Of a stretch of 64,000 nt of DNA, positions 38,027 to 46,943 are shown in pieces (the stretch's first letter is position 1; each line of letters opens with the position of its first letter). A program made the translations under genes and the position numbers. Location: contig CAJTMJ010000016.1 of assembly GCA_910577335.1 (NCBI GenBank), forward strand, positions 15,842-79,841, written 5' to 3'. The notes under the pieces are model-generated. The model was not told the DNA's origin. It saw nothing but the letters and a program-made list of their open reading frames with translations, and did no database searches. Source of the DNA: an uncultured Duncaniella sp. (GTDB taxonomy: Bacteria; Bacteroidota; Bacteroidia; Bacteroidales; Muribaculaceae).

Positions 38027-40459
38027 TTAGTTATTGCTCGTGGACATGATGTTTGCAAAGACCCCTGCAGCGGTCACTTCCGCTCCTGCGCCATAACCCT
38101 GTATGAGCATTGGGTATTCTTTATAGCGTTCGGTGGTGAGCAGCACTATATTGTTTGAGCCTTCAAGTCCGTAGAATGGGTGTCGGCTGTCAACAGCCTG
38201 AAGCGAAACGCTCATCTTGCCCAATTCCATTTTAGCCACGAAGCGCCAACGCTTCCCCTCTTTCTCCAACACTTTCCGGCGAGCTTCGAAGTCGGCATCA
38301 AGTTCAGGAAGGCGATGCCAGAACTCTTCGATAGACCCTTTGAGCATATCCTCTGGCACAAACAGATGCTTTTCCACCTCGTCCTGTTCAGCCTTATAAC
38401 CACCTTCGCGTGTGAGGATTACGAGTTTTCTTACCACATCCTGACCGCTGAGGTCGATGCGCGGGTCTGGCTCGCTGTATCCCATTTCTTTGGCAAGACG
38501 CACGGTCTCCGAGAAGGGTGTGTCGGCTGAAATGGCATTGAAAATGAAATTCAGTGTGCCGCTTAGCACGGCTTCTATCTTTAGTATGCGGTCGCCCGAC
38601 GAACGGAGGTCGTTGATGGTGCCGATGATGGGGAGTCCGGCTCCCACGTTTGTCTCATACAGGAATTTGACACCTCTGCGCAATGCCGTATCCTTCAAGC
38701 GTTGATAGCTTTCGTAAGAGTTGGAGGCTGCGACCTTGTTAGCTGCCACAACAGAGATATTATGGTCAAGAAAATCCTGATAGAGTGCTGCAACTTCCTT
38801 GCTGGCGGTGCAATCCACAAACACACTGTTGAATATGTTCATGCCGATGACACCATCACGCAGATGCTTGACATTGCTGTCCTCACCTTGCGCAAGAAGC
38901 TCACGGTAGTTTGAAAGATCAATACCTGTGCGTGAGAATATGGCTTTACGGCTTGAGGCGATACCGACAACATTGAGTTTCAGGCGATGGGTGCGCATCA
39001 GTTCTTCCTGCTGGTTCTTTATCTGTTCAAGAAGCATACCACCCACAGTCCCTGTGCCGCAGATGAAGAGGTTAAGTTCTTTGTATTCGCTCAGGAAGAA
39101 GGAGTCATGGATGACATTCAGTGACTTACGCAGGTACAGACCGTTGACCACAAATGAAATGTTGGTCTCGCTTGCGCCTTGCGCACAAGCTATCACACTG
39201 ATACCGCTACGTCCGAGAGTGCCGAAAAGTTTACCGGCTATACCCGGTGTATGCTTCATGTTCTCACCCACGATTGCCACTGTGGCAAGTCCGCTTTCAG
39301 CGTGCATGGGATACATCGCACCGGTGTCAATCTCTTTCGCAAATTCCTGATCAAGCACTCTTACGGCTTCCTCGGCGTCCACATCACGCACACCGATTGA
39401 AGTTGAGTTTTCAGAAGAAGCCTGACTGACCATGAACACAGATATGCCGTTGTCGGCAAGTGCGGTGAAGATTCGGCGGTTAACACCGATCACACCTACC
39501 ATCGAAAGACCGGTGACAGTGATTAGCGTGGTCCCGCTGATGCTTGAGATACCCTTGATGGGTTTGCGGTCATCTTCGATTTTATCCTTTATGATAGTTC
39601 CGGGTGCGTCCGGATTGAATGTGTTCTTTACAAGGATGGGTATATTCTTTACGCAGACAGGGTAGATGGTAGGCGGGTATACCACTTTCGCACCGAAGTT
39701 GCATAGCTCCATCGCTTCCACATAGCTGAGTGAATTGATGGTATAGGCGGTGGGTATTACTCTCGGGTCGGCTGTCATGAAGCCGTCAACGTCAGTCCAT
39801 ATCTCAAGGGCTTCGGCATCGAGTGCCGCAGCAATGATTGAGGCGGTATAGTCGCTGCCACCTCGTCCGAGATTTGTCACCTCGCCCGATTCTTTATCGG
39901 AACTGATGAAACCGGGGACAACATTTATGGCTTCGGAGTATGCCTTGCCTGAAAATTCATCACGTACAAGATTGCGGGTCAAGTCGCTGTCGAGCACTGA
40001 TTTGCCATGCTTCCGCTCTGTCTTTATAAATGTGCGGGAATCATGCAGGAGACTTCCCGGGATTAGTCGTGCCACTATTCGGCTGCTAAGACGCTCGCCG
40101 TAGCTTACGATAGCCGCCTGAGTCTTCGGGCTGAGGTCACGGATAAGATACACACCCTGATAAATCGACGAAAGTTCCGAAAGCAGTGAATCCAATTCTT
40201 GTTTAAGACCTTCGGGATCATTGTCGATAACCTCGTCAACCATCTCGTGATGGCGTGTGACGATGGCTTCAAGCATTTCCTTGTATGCTTCATTGCCTGT
40301 GGCGGCAGTGTGTGCTGTAGTGATGAGTAGATCTGTGATGCCGCCTAATGCGCTTACTACTATTACAGTGGGACGTGACTGTCCTTCCACTATGCGCTTA
40401 AGATTCCGGATACCGGTTGCGGAACCTACGGATGTCCCGCCAAATTTTAATACTTTCAT
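38027..40459 (-). CDS. thrA: Bifunctional aspartokinase / homoserine dehydrogenase
   Basis: 810-aa ORF with the N-terminal aspartokinase motif MKVLKFGGTSVG, ACT domains, and a C-terminal homoserine dehydrogenase domain. Confidence 0.95.
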   Translation of the reverse strand: MKVLKFGGTSVGSATGIRNLKRIVEGQSRPTVIVVSALGGITDLLITTAHTAATGNEAYKEMLEAIVTRHHEMVDEVIDNDPEGLKQELDSLLSELSSIYQGVYLIRDLSPKTQAAIVSYGERLSSRIVARLIPGSLLHDSRTFIKTERKHGKSVLDSDLTRNLVRDEFSGKAYSEAINVVPGFISSDKESGEVTNLGRGGSDYTASIIAAALDAEALEIWTDVDGFMTADPRVIPTAYTINSLSYVEAMELCNFGAKVVYPPTIYPVCVKNIPILVKNTFNPDAPGTIIKDKIEDDRKPIKGISSISGTTLITVTGLSMVGVIGVNRRIFTALADNGISVFMVSQASSENSTSIGVRDVDAEEAVRVLDQEFAKEIDTGAMYPMHAESGLATVAIVGENMKHTPGIAGKLFGTLGRSGISVIACAQGASETNISFVVNGLYLRKSLNVIHDSFFLSEYKELNLFICGTGTVGGMLLEQIKNQQEELMRTHRLKLNVVGIASSRKAIFSRTGIDLSNYRELLAQGEDSNVKHLRDGVIGMNIFNSVFVDCTASKEVAALYQDFLDHNISVVAANKVAASNSYESYQRLKDTALRRGVKFLYETNVGAGLPIIGTINDLRSSGDRILKIEAVLSGTLNFIFNAISADTPFSETVRLAKEMGYSEPDPRIDLSGQDVVRKLVILTREGGYKAEQDEVEKHLFVPEDMLKGSIEEFWHRLPELDADFEARRKVLEKEGKRWRFVAKMELGKMSVSLQAVDSRHPFYGLEGSNNIVLLTTERYKEYPMLIQGYGAGAEVTAAGVFANIMSTSNN

Positions 40460-40508
40460 TTTGCTAATTAAGAATGAACTTTACAAACAGTTTTTTAAGT
40501 TTAAGCTG

Positions 40509-40526
40509 CAAATTTACGCAAATTTA
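40509..40526 (-). promoter_or_regulatory. Two tandem candidate -7 boxes (TAAATTTG x2, 10 bp apart) for the thr operon
   Basis: The minus strand reads ataaatttgcgtaaatttgcag, 50-67 nt upstream of the thrA ATG. Confidence 0.4.
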
Positions 40527-40638
40527 TAAATTCAGGCAATGAAAATGTAGAAAAATGTTTGTGCATTATCATTCGGATAGGGTTCGGATAGGGGAATATA
40601 ATATCCATGAAGTCTAATAGTGACGCTTTAAAGCATCA

Positions 40639-41139
40639 CTATTTTATCCTTTCAAGGAATTTTTCGCACAGCAGACGTGAGGTGGAACCCGGACGACTGC
40701 TTACAAGGTCGAGGATTTCTTCGGGTTTATGCCATGCGGCTGAGTCAACTTCAGATGATAGTTTTAGCTCTGTGGCGTTCACTCGTGCGAAAAATCCGAT
40801 CATCATCATCTCTTTTTTCGCAAACCAGTTGGTCATTATAAGTTCAAGTTCCTCCACATGCTGCCCTGTTTCCTCCATTATCTCACGGACTGCGCATGTC
40901 TCGGCATCTTCGCCCGGCGTCACATATCCTGACACGAGATTCATGAACTCAGTGGAGATATAGTTTTGCCTGAGTAGCAAGACTTCACCTTTTTCATTGT
41001 AAACAAGTGTGATAGTTGCAACCGGGAACATGTCGAACCATGGTTTTGCGCATCTGTCACACCAAGGCACAAGTCCCTCGTCGCCAAGTTCACGCTCTGA
41101 AAGTTTTGTCCCGCAGTCAGGACAATATTTAAAATGCAT
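40639..41139 (-). CDS. Nudix hydrolase with N-terminal zinc ribbon (NADH pyrophosphatase-like)
   Basis: 166-aa ORF with a CPDCG...CDRC zinc-ribbon pattern and a Nudix box GYVTPGEDAETCAVREIMEETG. Confidence 0.8.
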   Translation of the reverse strand: MHFKYCPDCGTKLSERELGDEGLVPWCDRCAKPWFDMFPVATITLVYNEKGEVLLLRQNYISTEFMNLVSGYVTPGEDAETCAVREIMEETGQHVEELELIMTNWFAKKEMMMIGFFARVNATELKLSSEVDSAAWHKPEEILDLVSSRPGSTSRLLCEKFLERIK

Positions 41140-41214
41140 AATTGATTGTTGAATTAGTTATACGATGTTATTAGGATTCGCGTGATCCAATATATCTGAC
41201 TTCTGTTAATGGAT

Positions 41215-42642
41215 TTATCCGGCAGGTAGGCTGAATGTGAATACCAGACCGCCTGTTTTGGCATTTTCAACAGTGATGTCACCACCCATGGCGGTAATTA
41301 TACGGTGGACGAGAGGGAGTCCGAGACCGGCACCACCGCTTTTGCGGGAGCGACCCGCATCCACACGGTAAAACAGGTCGAACAGCCTTGCAAGATGCTC
41401 TTCGTCAACACCTGAACCGTTGTCGGCAAACGAAAATATGTGTCGTCCGTTTTCCTCACGAAGCCAGTTGAGCGATATACGTGTACCTCCCGAATGTTGT
41501 GCGGCATTATAAATGAGGTTCAGGAGCGCATTCGTAAGGAGCGATTCATGACCCATTATCATGCAATCCTCAGGGACATCGTAGGTAAATATCATATTAT
41601 CAATGATATGTCCTTGCGCTATATCTTCGTCAAGCTGAACTATAACGTCGTGGAAATTGAGCAGGGTACATTCGATGGGTGCGCCATTTTCCTGCAACCG
41701 CATCACCATGCTCACGTCATTTACCAAGTTGACAAGGCGGTCGATGTTCTGCTGTGCTCGCATGAGGAATTTGCGTTTAAGCTCCTCAGGCATATCATTA
41801 TCGCTTATCACTGAGTCGATATAACCCTTGATGATTCCCACGGGAGTGTTAAGCTCATGACTGACATTTATACCTATCTGCCGTTCATGGTGCATCTTCT
41901 CCTTCTCGGCATGTATCTTATCACGGTAGACGGTGAGCAGATTGCGTGACACATCGCCAAATTCATCTTTTGAGAAATGCCATGAATCCACATTCTCAGG
42001 GAGATCATCAGACGCTATGGCTTGAGCAAAATCACGTAAAGTATACACGTTCTGGCAGATGGCTCTGACTCCGAAATATATCAGAACCGACAACAGTATT
42101 CCGAGCATTATCACCACAATCCATACCATCGGATTTATACTTAGAAATGCGAGCACCTCACCTTTGTAGGGCAATGCGGCAAAGGAGTGGATTTTGCCAT
42201 CAGGACTTGTCTTTGAACTCACCATGAACTTGTTGCTATCCAACGATATGTCATGGACGGTAGAGTCCTTATGGCTGAGTAGAAGCCGGTTAAGCTCTAC
42301 GATAGGTCTTCCGTTGCTGTCACGGAGCAAGATAGTGGCTTCGGGGTTGTCAGCCACCATATTGCCATTGTCGTCGTACACAGTCAGACGCAACGGGTCA
42401 AGAGTGGTCTCATCGGTGAACAGTTTTATGAAATCTACTGTCTTTTGCAAGTCCGCTCCGTTACCGTAAGCGCTTATTACGGTGTTGTTGACATTTAAAA
42501 GTCGGTTTTCAAGATTTTCCCTTTGCCTGTGTTTCTCGTGATTTACAAAATAAATGATTGTAATTCCGATTATTAGCCACAGCAATCCCACAAGTGGTAG
42601 GAAAAGTCTCCAGTGTAGTTGTAAAATGGATTTGTTTGCCAT
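41215..42642 (-). CDS. Membrane sensor histidine kinase (no cognate response regulator adjacent)
   Basis: 475-aa ORF with two TM segments around a periplasmic domain, an H-box (INVSHELNTPV) and an HATPase_c with G-boxes (DNGSGV, GGAGLGL). Confidence 0.85.
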   Translation of the reverse strand: MANKSILQLHWRLFLPLVGLLWLIIGITIIYFVNHEKHRQRENLENRLLNVNNTVISAYGNGADLQKTVDFIKLFTDETTLDPLRLTVYDDNGNMVADNPEATILLRDSNGRPIVELNRLLLSHKDSTVHDISLDSNKFMVSSKTSPDGKIHSFAALPYKGEVLAFLSINPMVWIVVIMLGILLSVLIYFGVRAICQNVYTLRDFAQAIASDDLPENVDSWHFSKDEFGDVSRNLLTVYRDKIHAEKEKMHHERQIGINVSHELNTPVGIIKGYIDSVISDNDMPEELKRKFLMRAQQNIDRLVNLVNDVSMVMRLQENGAPIECTLLNFHDVIVQLDEDIAQGHIIDNMIFTYDVPEDCMIMGHESLLTNALLNLIYNAAQHSGGTRISLNWLREENGRHIFSFADNGSGVDEEHLARLFDLFYRVDAGRSRKSGGAGLGLPLVHRIITAMGGDITVENAKTGGLVFTFSLPAG

Positions 42643-42650
42643 CAGAGTGT

Positions 42651-44300
42651 CTATTGACGGGGTACGGCTGTCGCTTCAAGAAATTCCTTAACGAATCTGT
42701 TGGAGACAGCTCTTTGTTCGGGATTGAATCCGTGACCAGCACCCGGAATCACTCCGATATGAGCATTTTTATAGAGTTTCATCGCCTTCTCAGAATAGCT
42801 CAACGGTACTATTGGATCCTTTGAGCCATGGATTATCTGCACGGGACCTTCATAACGGCATATAGTACTATAAACATCAAAATCTCTCAACTCCATAAAG
42901 AAATTTCTTCCCAATAGCACATTCCACATATTGGTGGTATCAGGGATTTCAGCTTCTGTTTTGTAACGGTTGTTCCAGTCATCGGGGATGCACAACGCCG
43001 GATAGACTAACACGAGATTGCTCACGGTGTCTTTAAGTTCGGAAGCTGCGATAGCCGATACGAAACCGCCTTGGCTTTCACCGATTAGCACGATACGATC
43101 TTTGTCAGTGTCAGGCTGTTGGAGATAGTGGCGGACGATAGATTTCAGATCGTTTTTCTCGTCGATAACAGACATTTTCATAGTATTGTTATCGCTGCTG
43201 CTATGAATACCTCCGCAAGGGAAATCAAAGGTATACACAGTGTAGCCGAGTCCGTTAAGGGTGTCGAAATAATCCCTGCCGAAATGGTGAGTGCCGTTGA
43301 ATCCATGGCTTATGATGGCCACACCCTTCTTTCCTTTGGTTTTAGGCGCAGATTCTATTCCAAAAATCTTGCGGTCTCCGTTTTTAATCCAAACCTCTTT
43401 TACATCATTAGGATAACCCTTGCTCTTTATGGTCCAACCGGGGAATGATGATAAGTCACCCTGAATAAATATCCGCTTGTTCTCCTCTTTATCTTTCAGG
43501 TTCCAGTCGAGCCATGCTTCCACCATGCGTCCGAAGTCACCACCTCCGGGTTGCCAATAAGTACCGCCATGACCAGCAGTTGACATGTCGGCATATACCA
43601 CCGGTACATGGTTAATTCGCTCATAGTCAAACTGAGCGTTGTTGTATGCCACATCCTCCGGACCTCCGGTGAGATAGAGCATCGGTGTATGCAGTTTAGT
43701 CAACGATTCTTTGGAAGCCCCAGCCATTTCGATGTCGCCCATGCCGGCATTGAGTATCAGACATGTTTTGATGTCGGGATTGGCTGCGTTGGCAAGTACC
43801 TGCGCTCCACCGCATGAATGTCCGGCAGCTGCTATTTTTGTGGTATCGACATTTCCGTAATATATGCTTTTCTTATCGGCAGCCTGAGTTTTTACCCAGT
43901 CGATAGCCTGTGCGAGCATGTCGGATGATGTATGATTGTCTTTCCTGTCTTTTTTCTCAAACTGGATATCGCCGACGGCTACGACCATATACCCTTTTGA
44001 CGCCAGTTCTATGAGCATCCTTTCATAGTCAATGGATGTGTCAACACACGCTCCGTTTCCCCATATCAGTATCGGTAGGGCTTTCTCCCTTGTGGCAGCC
44101 CAGTAAAGATCCTGCGGGCGATACACAACAAAACCGGGGAGAGTTTCTTCGGACACGGCAACCGATTTGAACGCTCCGCTACCTCCGTTATCGATATGCT
44201 TGACAGCTTTAGGATTATTTTCCGCCCCTTGTGCAAGAGTTGGAACCATCATTTGAAACGAGAGTAACAAAGAAAAAATAGGGAACAATTTATTCATCAT
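42651..44300 (-). CDS. Secreted tandem alpha/beta-hydrolase (two esterase-like domains)
   Basis: 549-aa ORF with a signal peptide. It carries two nucleophile elbows, AAGHSCGGAQ (dienelactone hydrolase/cutinase-like half) and IGESQGGFV (second half), and ends with PGAGHGF. Confidence 0.75.
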   Translation of the reverse strand: MMNKLFPIFSLLLSFQMMVPTLAQGAENNPKAVKHIDNGGSGAFKSVAVSEETLPGFVVYRPQDLYWAATREKALPILIWGNGACVDTSIDYERMLIELASKGYMVVAVGDIQFEKKDRKDNHTSSDMLAQAIDWVKTQAADKKSIYYGNVDTTKIAAAGHSCGGAQVLANAANPDIKTCLILNAGMGDIEMAGASKESLTKLHTPMLYLTGGPEDVAYNNAQFDYERINHVPVVYADMSTAGHGGTYWQPGGGDFGRMVEAWLDWNLKDKEENKRIFIQGDLSSFPGWTIKSKGYPNDVKEVWIKNGDRKIFGIESAPKTKGKKGVAIISHGFNGTHHFGRDYFDTLNGLGYTVYTFDFPCGGIHSSSDNNTMKMSVIDEKNDLKSIVRHYLQQPDTDKDRIVLIGESQGGFVSAIAASELKDTVSNLVLVYPALCIPDDWNNRYKTEAEIPDTTNMWNVLLGRNFFMELRDFDVYSTICRYEGPVQIIHGSKDPIVPLSYSEKAMKLYKNAHIGVIPGAGHGFNPEQRAVSNRFVKEFLEATAVPRQ

Positions 44301-44315
44301 GATGTATATTTTTCA

Positions 44316-44323
44316 CAAAAGTA
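44316..44323 (-). promoter_or_regulatory. Candidate -7 box (TACTTTTG) for the hydrolase-kinase operon
   Basis: TAnnTTTG match on the minus strand, 16 nt upstream of the start at 44300. Confidence 0.3.
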
Positions 44324-44359
44324 TATAAAAATCCTGATTTTAACATCTATAATTTTTAT

Positions 44360-44367
44360 TAACTTTG
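44360..44367 (+). promoter_or_regulatory. Candidate -7 box (TAACTTTG) directly abutting repeat copy 1
   Basis: TAnnTTTG match 4 nt before the repeat start at 44372. The predicted transcript would begin roughly at the element boundary. Confidence 0.4.
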
Positions 44368-44371
44368 CAAT

Positions 44372-44563
44372 GAACTGGTTTAAACTTTTTATAAAATGTT
44401 AAACTCAGACTTAAAATTACCATGTTTTCAATCTTTGAAGCTCTTTTCGGCTGAATTATCAGCATCTCTTCGGTCACTTAGCTCGCTAAGCTCCCTCATC
44501 GAGCTAATAATTCATCTCGAAAATAGCTTCAAATCTTAAAAAATAAAAAGTTTAAACCAGTTC
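44372..44563 (+). repeat. 192-bp inverted-repeat (MITE-like or structured-RNA) element, copy 1
   Basis: The terminal 21 nt are perfect inverted repeats (gaactggtttaaactttttat / ataaaaagtttaaaccagttc). Inner arms also pair (tttgaagctcttttcg / cgaaaatagcttcaaa) and there is an apex palindrome, cttagc-tc-gctaag. A second copy lies at 49502-49693. Confidence 0.7.
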
Positions 44564-44580
44564 GAAAAAAAATTGGCACT

Positions 44581-45060
44581 ATGAGATATTTAAAAATCAT
44601 AACGGTTATCATTTCTATTTTACTTACATGTTTTGATGTGCACTCGGCAGAGCCTAAAGTTAAGGTGAAGCATGTTTTTGATATTCATGCCAAATGCAGT
44701 GAAGCAAGGAACTTAGGTGTGATTCCCGGAGGGTTGCGTGTGATGATTCCGATAGTAGGCGGAAATGTGGAGGGTGATGTGGTAGCCGACATACTTCCCG
44801 GCGGTGCGGATTATCAGTTGGTGGACACAGTGAGTGGAAGAGTGGAATTTAATGCCATTTACACCTTGCGGACTAATGATTCCAAACTTATAAACGTCAG
44901 GAATATAGGTGTTAGCAAGGGGGATTATTTCACAACCTCACCCGTATTCGAGGCTCCGGTTGACTCACAATACGACTGGCTGAACAACAGGATATTTATC
45001 TGCAAGCCTATCGGATTCGGTAACGGAATAGTCCATCTCCGGGTATGGATGGTGGAGTGA
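44581..45060 (+). CDS. DUF3237-family small secreted beta-barrel protein
   Basis: 159-aa ORF with a signal peptide. The pattern IVGGNVEG.....ILPGGADYQ is typical of DUF3237/UPF0311. Recognised from memory only. Confidence 0.55.
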   Translation: MRYLKIITVIISILLTCFDVHSAEPKVKVKHVFDIHAKCSEARNLGVIPGGLRVMIPIVGGNVEGDVVADILPGGADYQLVDTVSGRVEFNAIYTLRTNDSKLINVRNIGVSKGDYFTTSPVFEAPVDSQYDWLNNRIFICKPIGFGNGIVHLRVWMVE

Positions 45061-45069
45061 CTCATGATA

Positions 45070-46767
45070 TCATCCTAAGATTGCCACAATCATGCCTGAA
45101 AGTATGAGCGATATACTCCCCACGGCGTAGGTCACGGTATAGCCCATGACAGGCAATGTGCTTTCAAGATTATCCTGTATGGCTCCGAGAGCAGCTACCG
45201 CATTCCTGCTTCCGGCTACGCACCCAAGTGTGACTGCCGCCGGAAATTTGAACACCTTGTAACCGAGATATATTGATATAATCAGTGGAATCGTAGTGCA
45301 AAGAATCCCTATAAGGAATAATTCAAAGCCTACCTCTTTAAGTCCGCTGATAAATGAGGGTCCGGCTCCAAGACCTACGACGGCTATAAACAGATTCAGA
45401 CCTGCGTTATCCATAAACCATATTACCGAGCGTGGAATATGTCCGAATGTGGGACGTTTAGATCTTAACCATCCCATTATAAGCCCGGCAAGTATTGCTC
45501 CACCGCTTGTGCTCAATGAGATAGGGATTCCTCCGAGATATATTACCAATGCGCCTATGAAACACCCTATCGCAATACCAAGTCCGATGAATACCATGTC
45601 GGTTTCACCTGTCGCTCGATCGGAATAACCGATTTCAGGAACAGCTACCGCTACATCCTGAGGCACTCCTACAAGATGGATTATGTCGCCCTTTTCAAGC
45701 CGCACCTTGTTTCTTACCGGGAGTGCCATTTCATTGCGCAGTATCTTGTGTATCATCACGCCTCGCATAAATGGTTCTTGTTTAAGTTCCCCAACAGAGA
45801 GTCCGGCAGCTCCCGATTTAGATACAGTGACAGGGAGATTCTCTGTGGCGAAATTCAAAAGCTCATGGTCAGTCACTTCGGGACCTATCCATCCGGCTTC
45901 GTCTATTATTGTCTCACGTATACCTCCAAGAACGATAATATCACCTTTTCTTACTTTCAAACCCGGTTCGGGGTCATATATCTCCCCCTTTATCCTGAGA
46001 CGTTCCACGAAATGACGCAGATTTAGACTTTTTATATGTTCTTCAATTTCTTCGACAGTTTTCGATCTTTTGAAATAATCGGCTTCAGCCCTGTATGTTC
46101 GGAATGATATAGGGCGATTGGCTACGATAAGACCGGGGTCGGGTACGAAATCACCGGAGTCCATATCTTCTTCAATTTTCACAGTCTCTTCTTTGACCTT
46201 TTTAAGACCGCCAAGAAGTATGGGACCGAGATTGGCTATAATCCACGCAGACCCGATAGTCCCGAAAATATAACAAACAGCATAGCAAGCCGGAATAATG
46301 TCGAGCATACGTTTTAGCTCTGTGTCGGTATATCCCATAGCGCGAATAGTATCACTTCCCACACCGATGACGGCAGATACAGTTTGAGATCCTGCGAAAA
46401 TACCTACGGTGACACCTTTGCCATATCCCATAAGCTTTGATATGCCGATACACGTTGCTATGCAAAGTGCACATTCGATGAGAGCAAAGCATATCTGCTT
46501 AACTCCGTCTCCTTTTAAAGAACGGAAAAATTGGGGTCCAACGCTGTATCCAATGGCAAAAAGGAACAGCATAAATGCTAATGATTTTACTGTGTCAGAT
46601 ATCGGAATTCCCATTTGTCCTATTATAACACCGACAATCAGTGTCGCTGTCACAGGTCCAAGAGACAGCGATTTATATCTGATTCCTCCAAGCCAAAAGC
46701 CAAGTCCAAGGGTAAGAAAAATAGGTATTACCTGATTGTTGCGAAATATTTCAATAAGCCAGTCCAT
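45070..46767 (-). CDS. AAE-family (aspartate:alanine exchanger / YidE-YbjL type) transporter with two central RCK_C domains
   Basis: 565-aa ORF. Two roughly 5-6-TM halves are separated by about 180 soluble residues carrying two TrkA-C-like repeats (GDIIVLGG..., GDIIHLVG...). Confidence 0.85.
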   Translation of the reverse strand: MDWLIEIFRNNQVIPIFLTLGLGFWLGGIRYKSLSLGPVTATLIVGVIIGQMGIPISDTVKSLAFMLFLFAIGYSVGPQFFRSLKGDGVKQICFALIECALCIATCIGISKLMGYGKGVTVGIFAGSQTVSAVIGVGSDTIRAMGYTDTELKRMLDIIPACYAVCYIFGTIGSAWIIANLGPILLGGLKKVKEETVKIEEDMDSGDFVPDPGLIVANRPISFRTYRAEADYFKRSKTVEEIEEHIKSLNLRHFVERLRIKGEIYDPEPGLKVRKGDIIVLGGIRETIIDEAGWIGPEVTDHELLNFATENLPVTVSKSGAAGLSVGELKQEPFMRGVMIHKILRNEMALPVRNKVRLEKGDIIHLVGVPQDVAVAVPEIGYSDRATGETDMVFIGLGIAIGCFIGALVIYLGGIPISLSTSGGAILAGLIMGWLRSKRPTFGHIPRSVIWFMDNAGLNLFIAVVGLGAGPSFISGLKEVGFELFLIGILCTTIPLIISIYLGYKVFKFPAAVTLGCVAGSRNAVAALGAIQDNLESTLPVMGYTVTYAVGSISLILSGMIVAILG

Positions 46768-46943
46768 ACAGGGAAATTCAGTGAAACGTTAAAATTGTTT
46801 TTTAGTTTAACAATAGTTCGTGATAATTGGTTTAAATAAGTTAAGGACTGAACCTTATATACTAAGGTAATGTTATGAAATCATATAATTTCTAAGAAAT
46901 TAATATGCACTAACGTAAAAAACAATCTAAAAATTTATAGAAT

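Noticed and set aside
40617-40642. Hairpin atagtgacgc-tttaaa-gcatcactat overlapping the Nudix stop codon as a terminator
   Set aside because: The stem has a mismatch. No U-tract follows on the minus strand, which is the strand of the Nudix gene.
44572-44590. Sigma-54 -24 element (TTGGCAC) just before the DUF3237 start codon
   Set aside because: There is no TTGC -12 element at the required spacing. The sequence runs straight into the ATG, so it would leave no leader.
46768-46943. HcpR/CRP-FNR-type operator upstream of hcp (nested inverted repeats gttaaa-N12-tttaac and attgtt-N10-aacaat around 46790-46825)
   Set aside because: The half-sites are short, A/T-rich and do not match the HcpR consensus as far as I can recall it. 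I also found no TAnnTTTG box here. A proper position-weight-matrix scan is needed before claiming a site.
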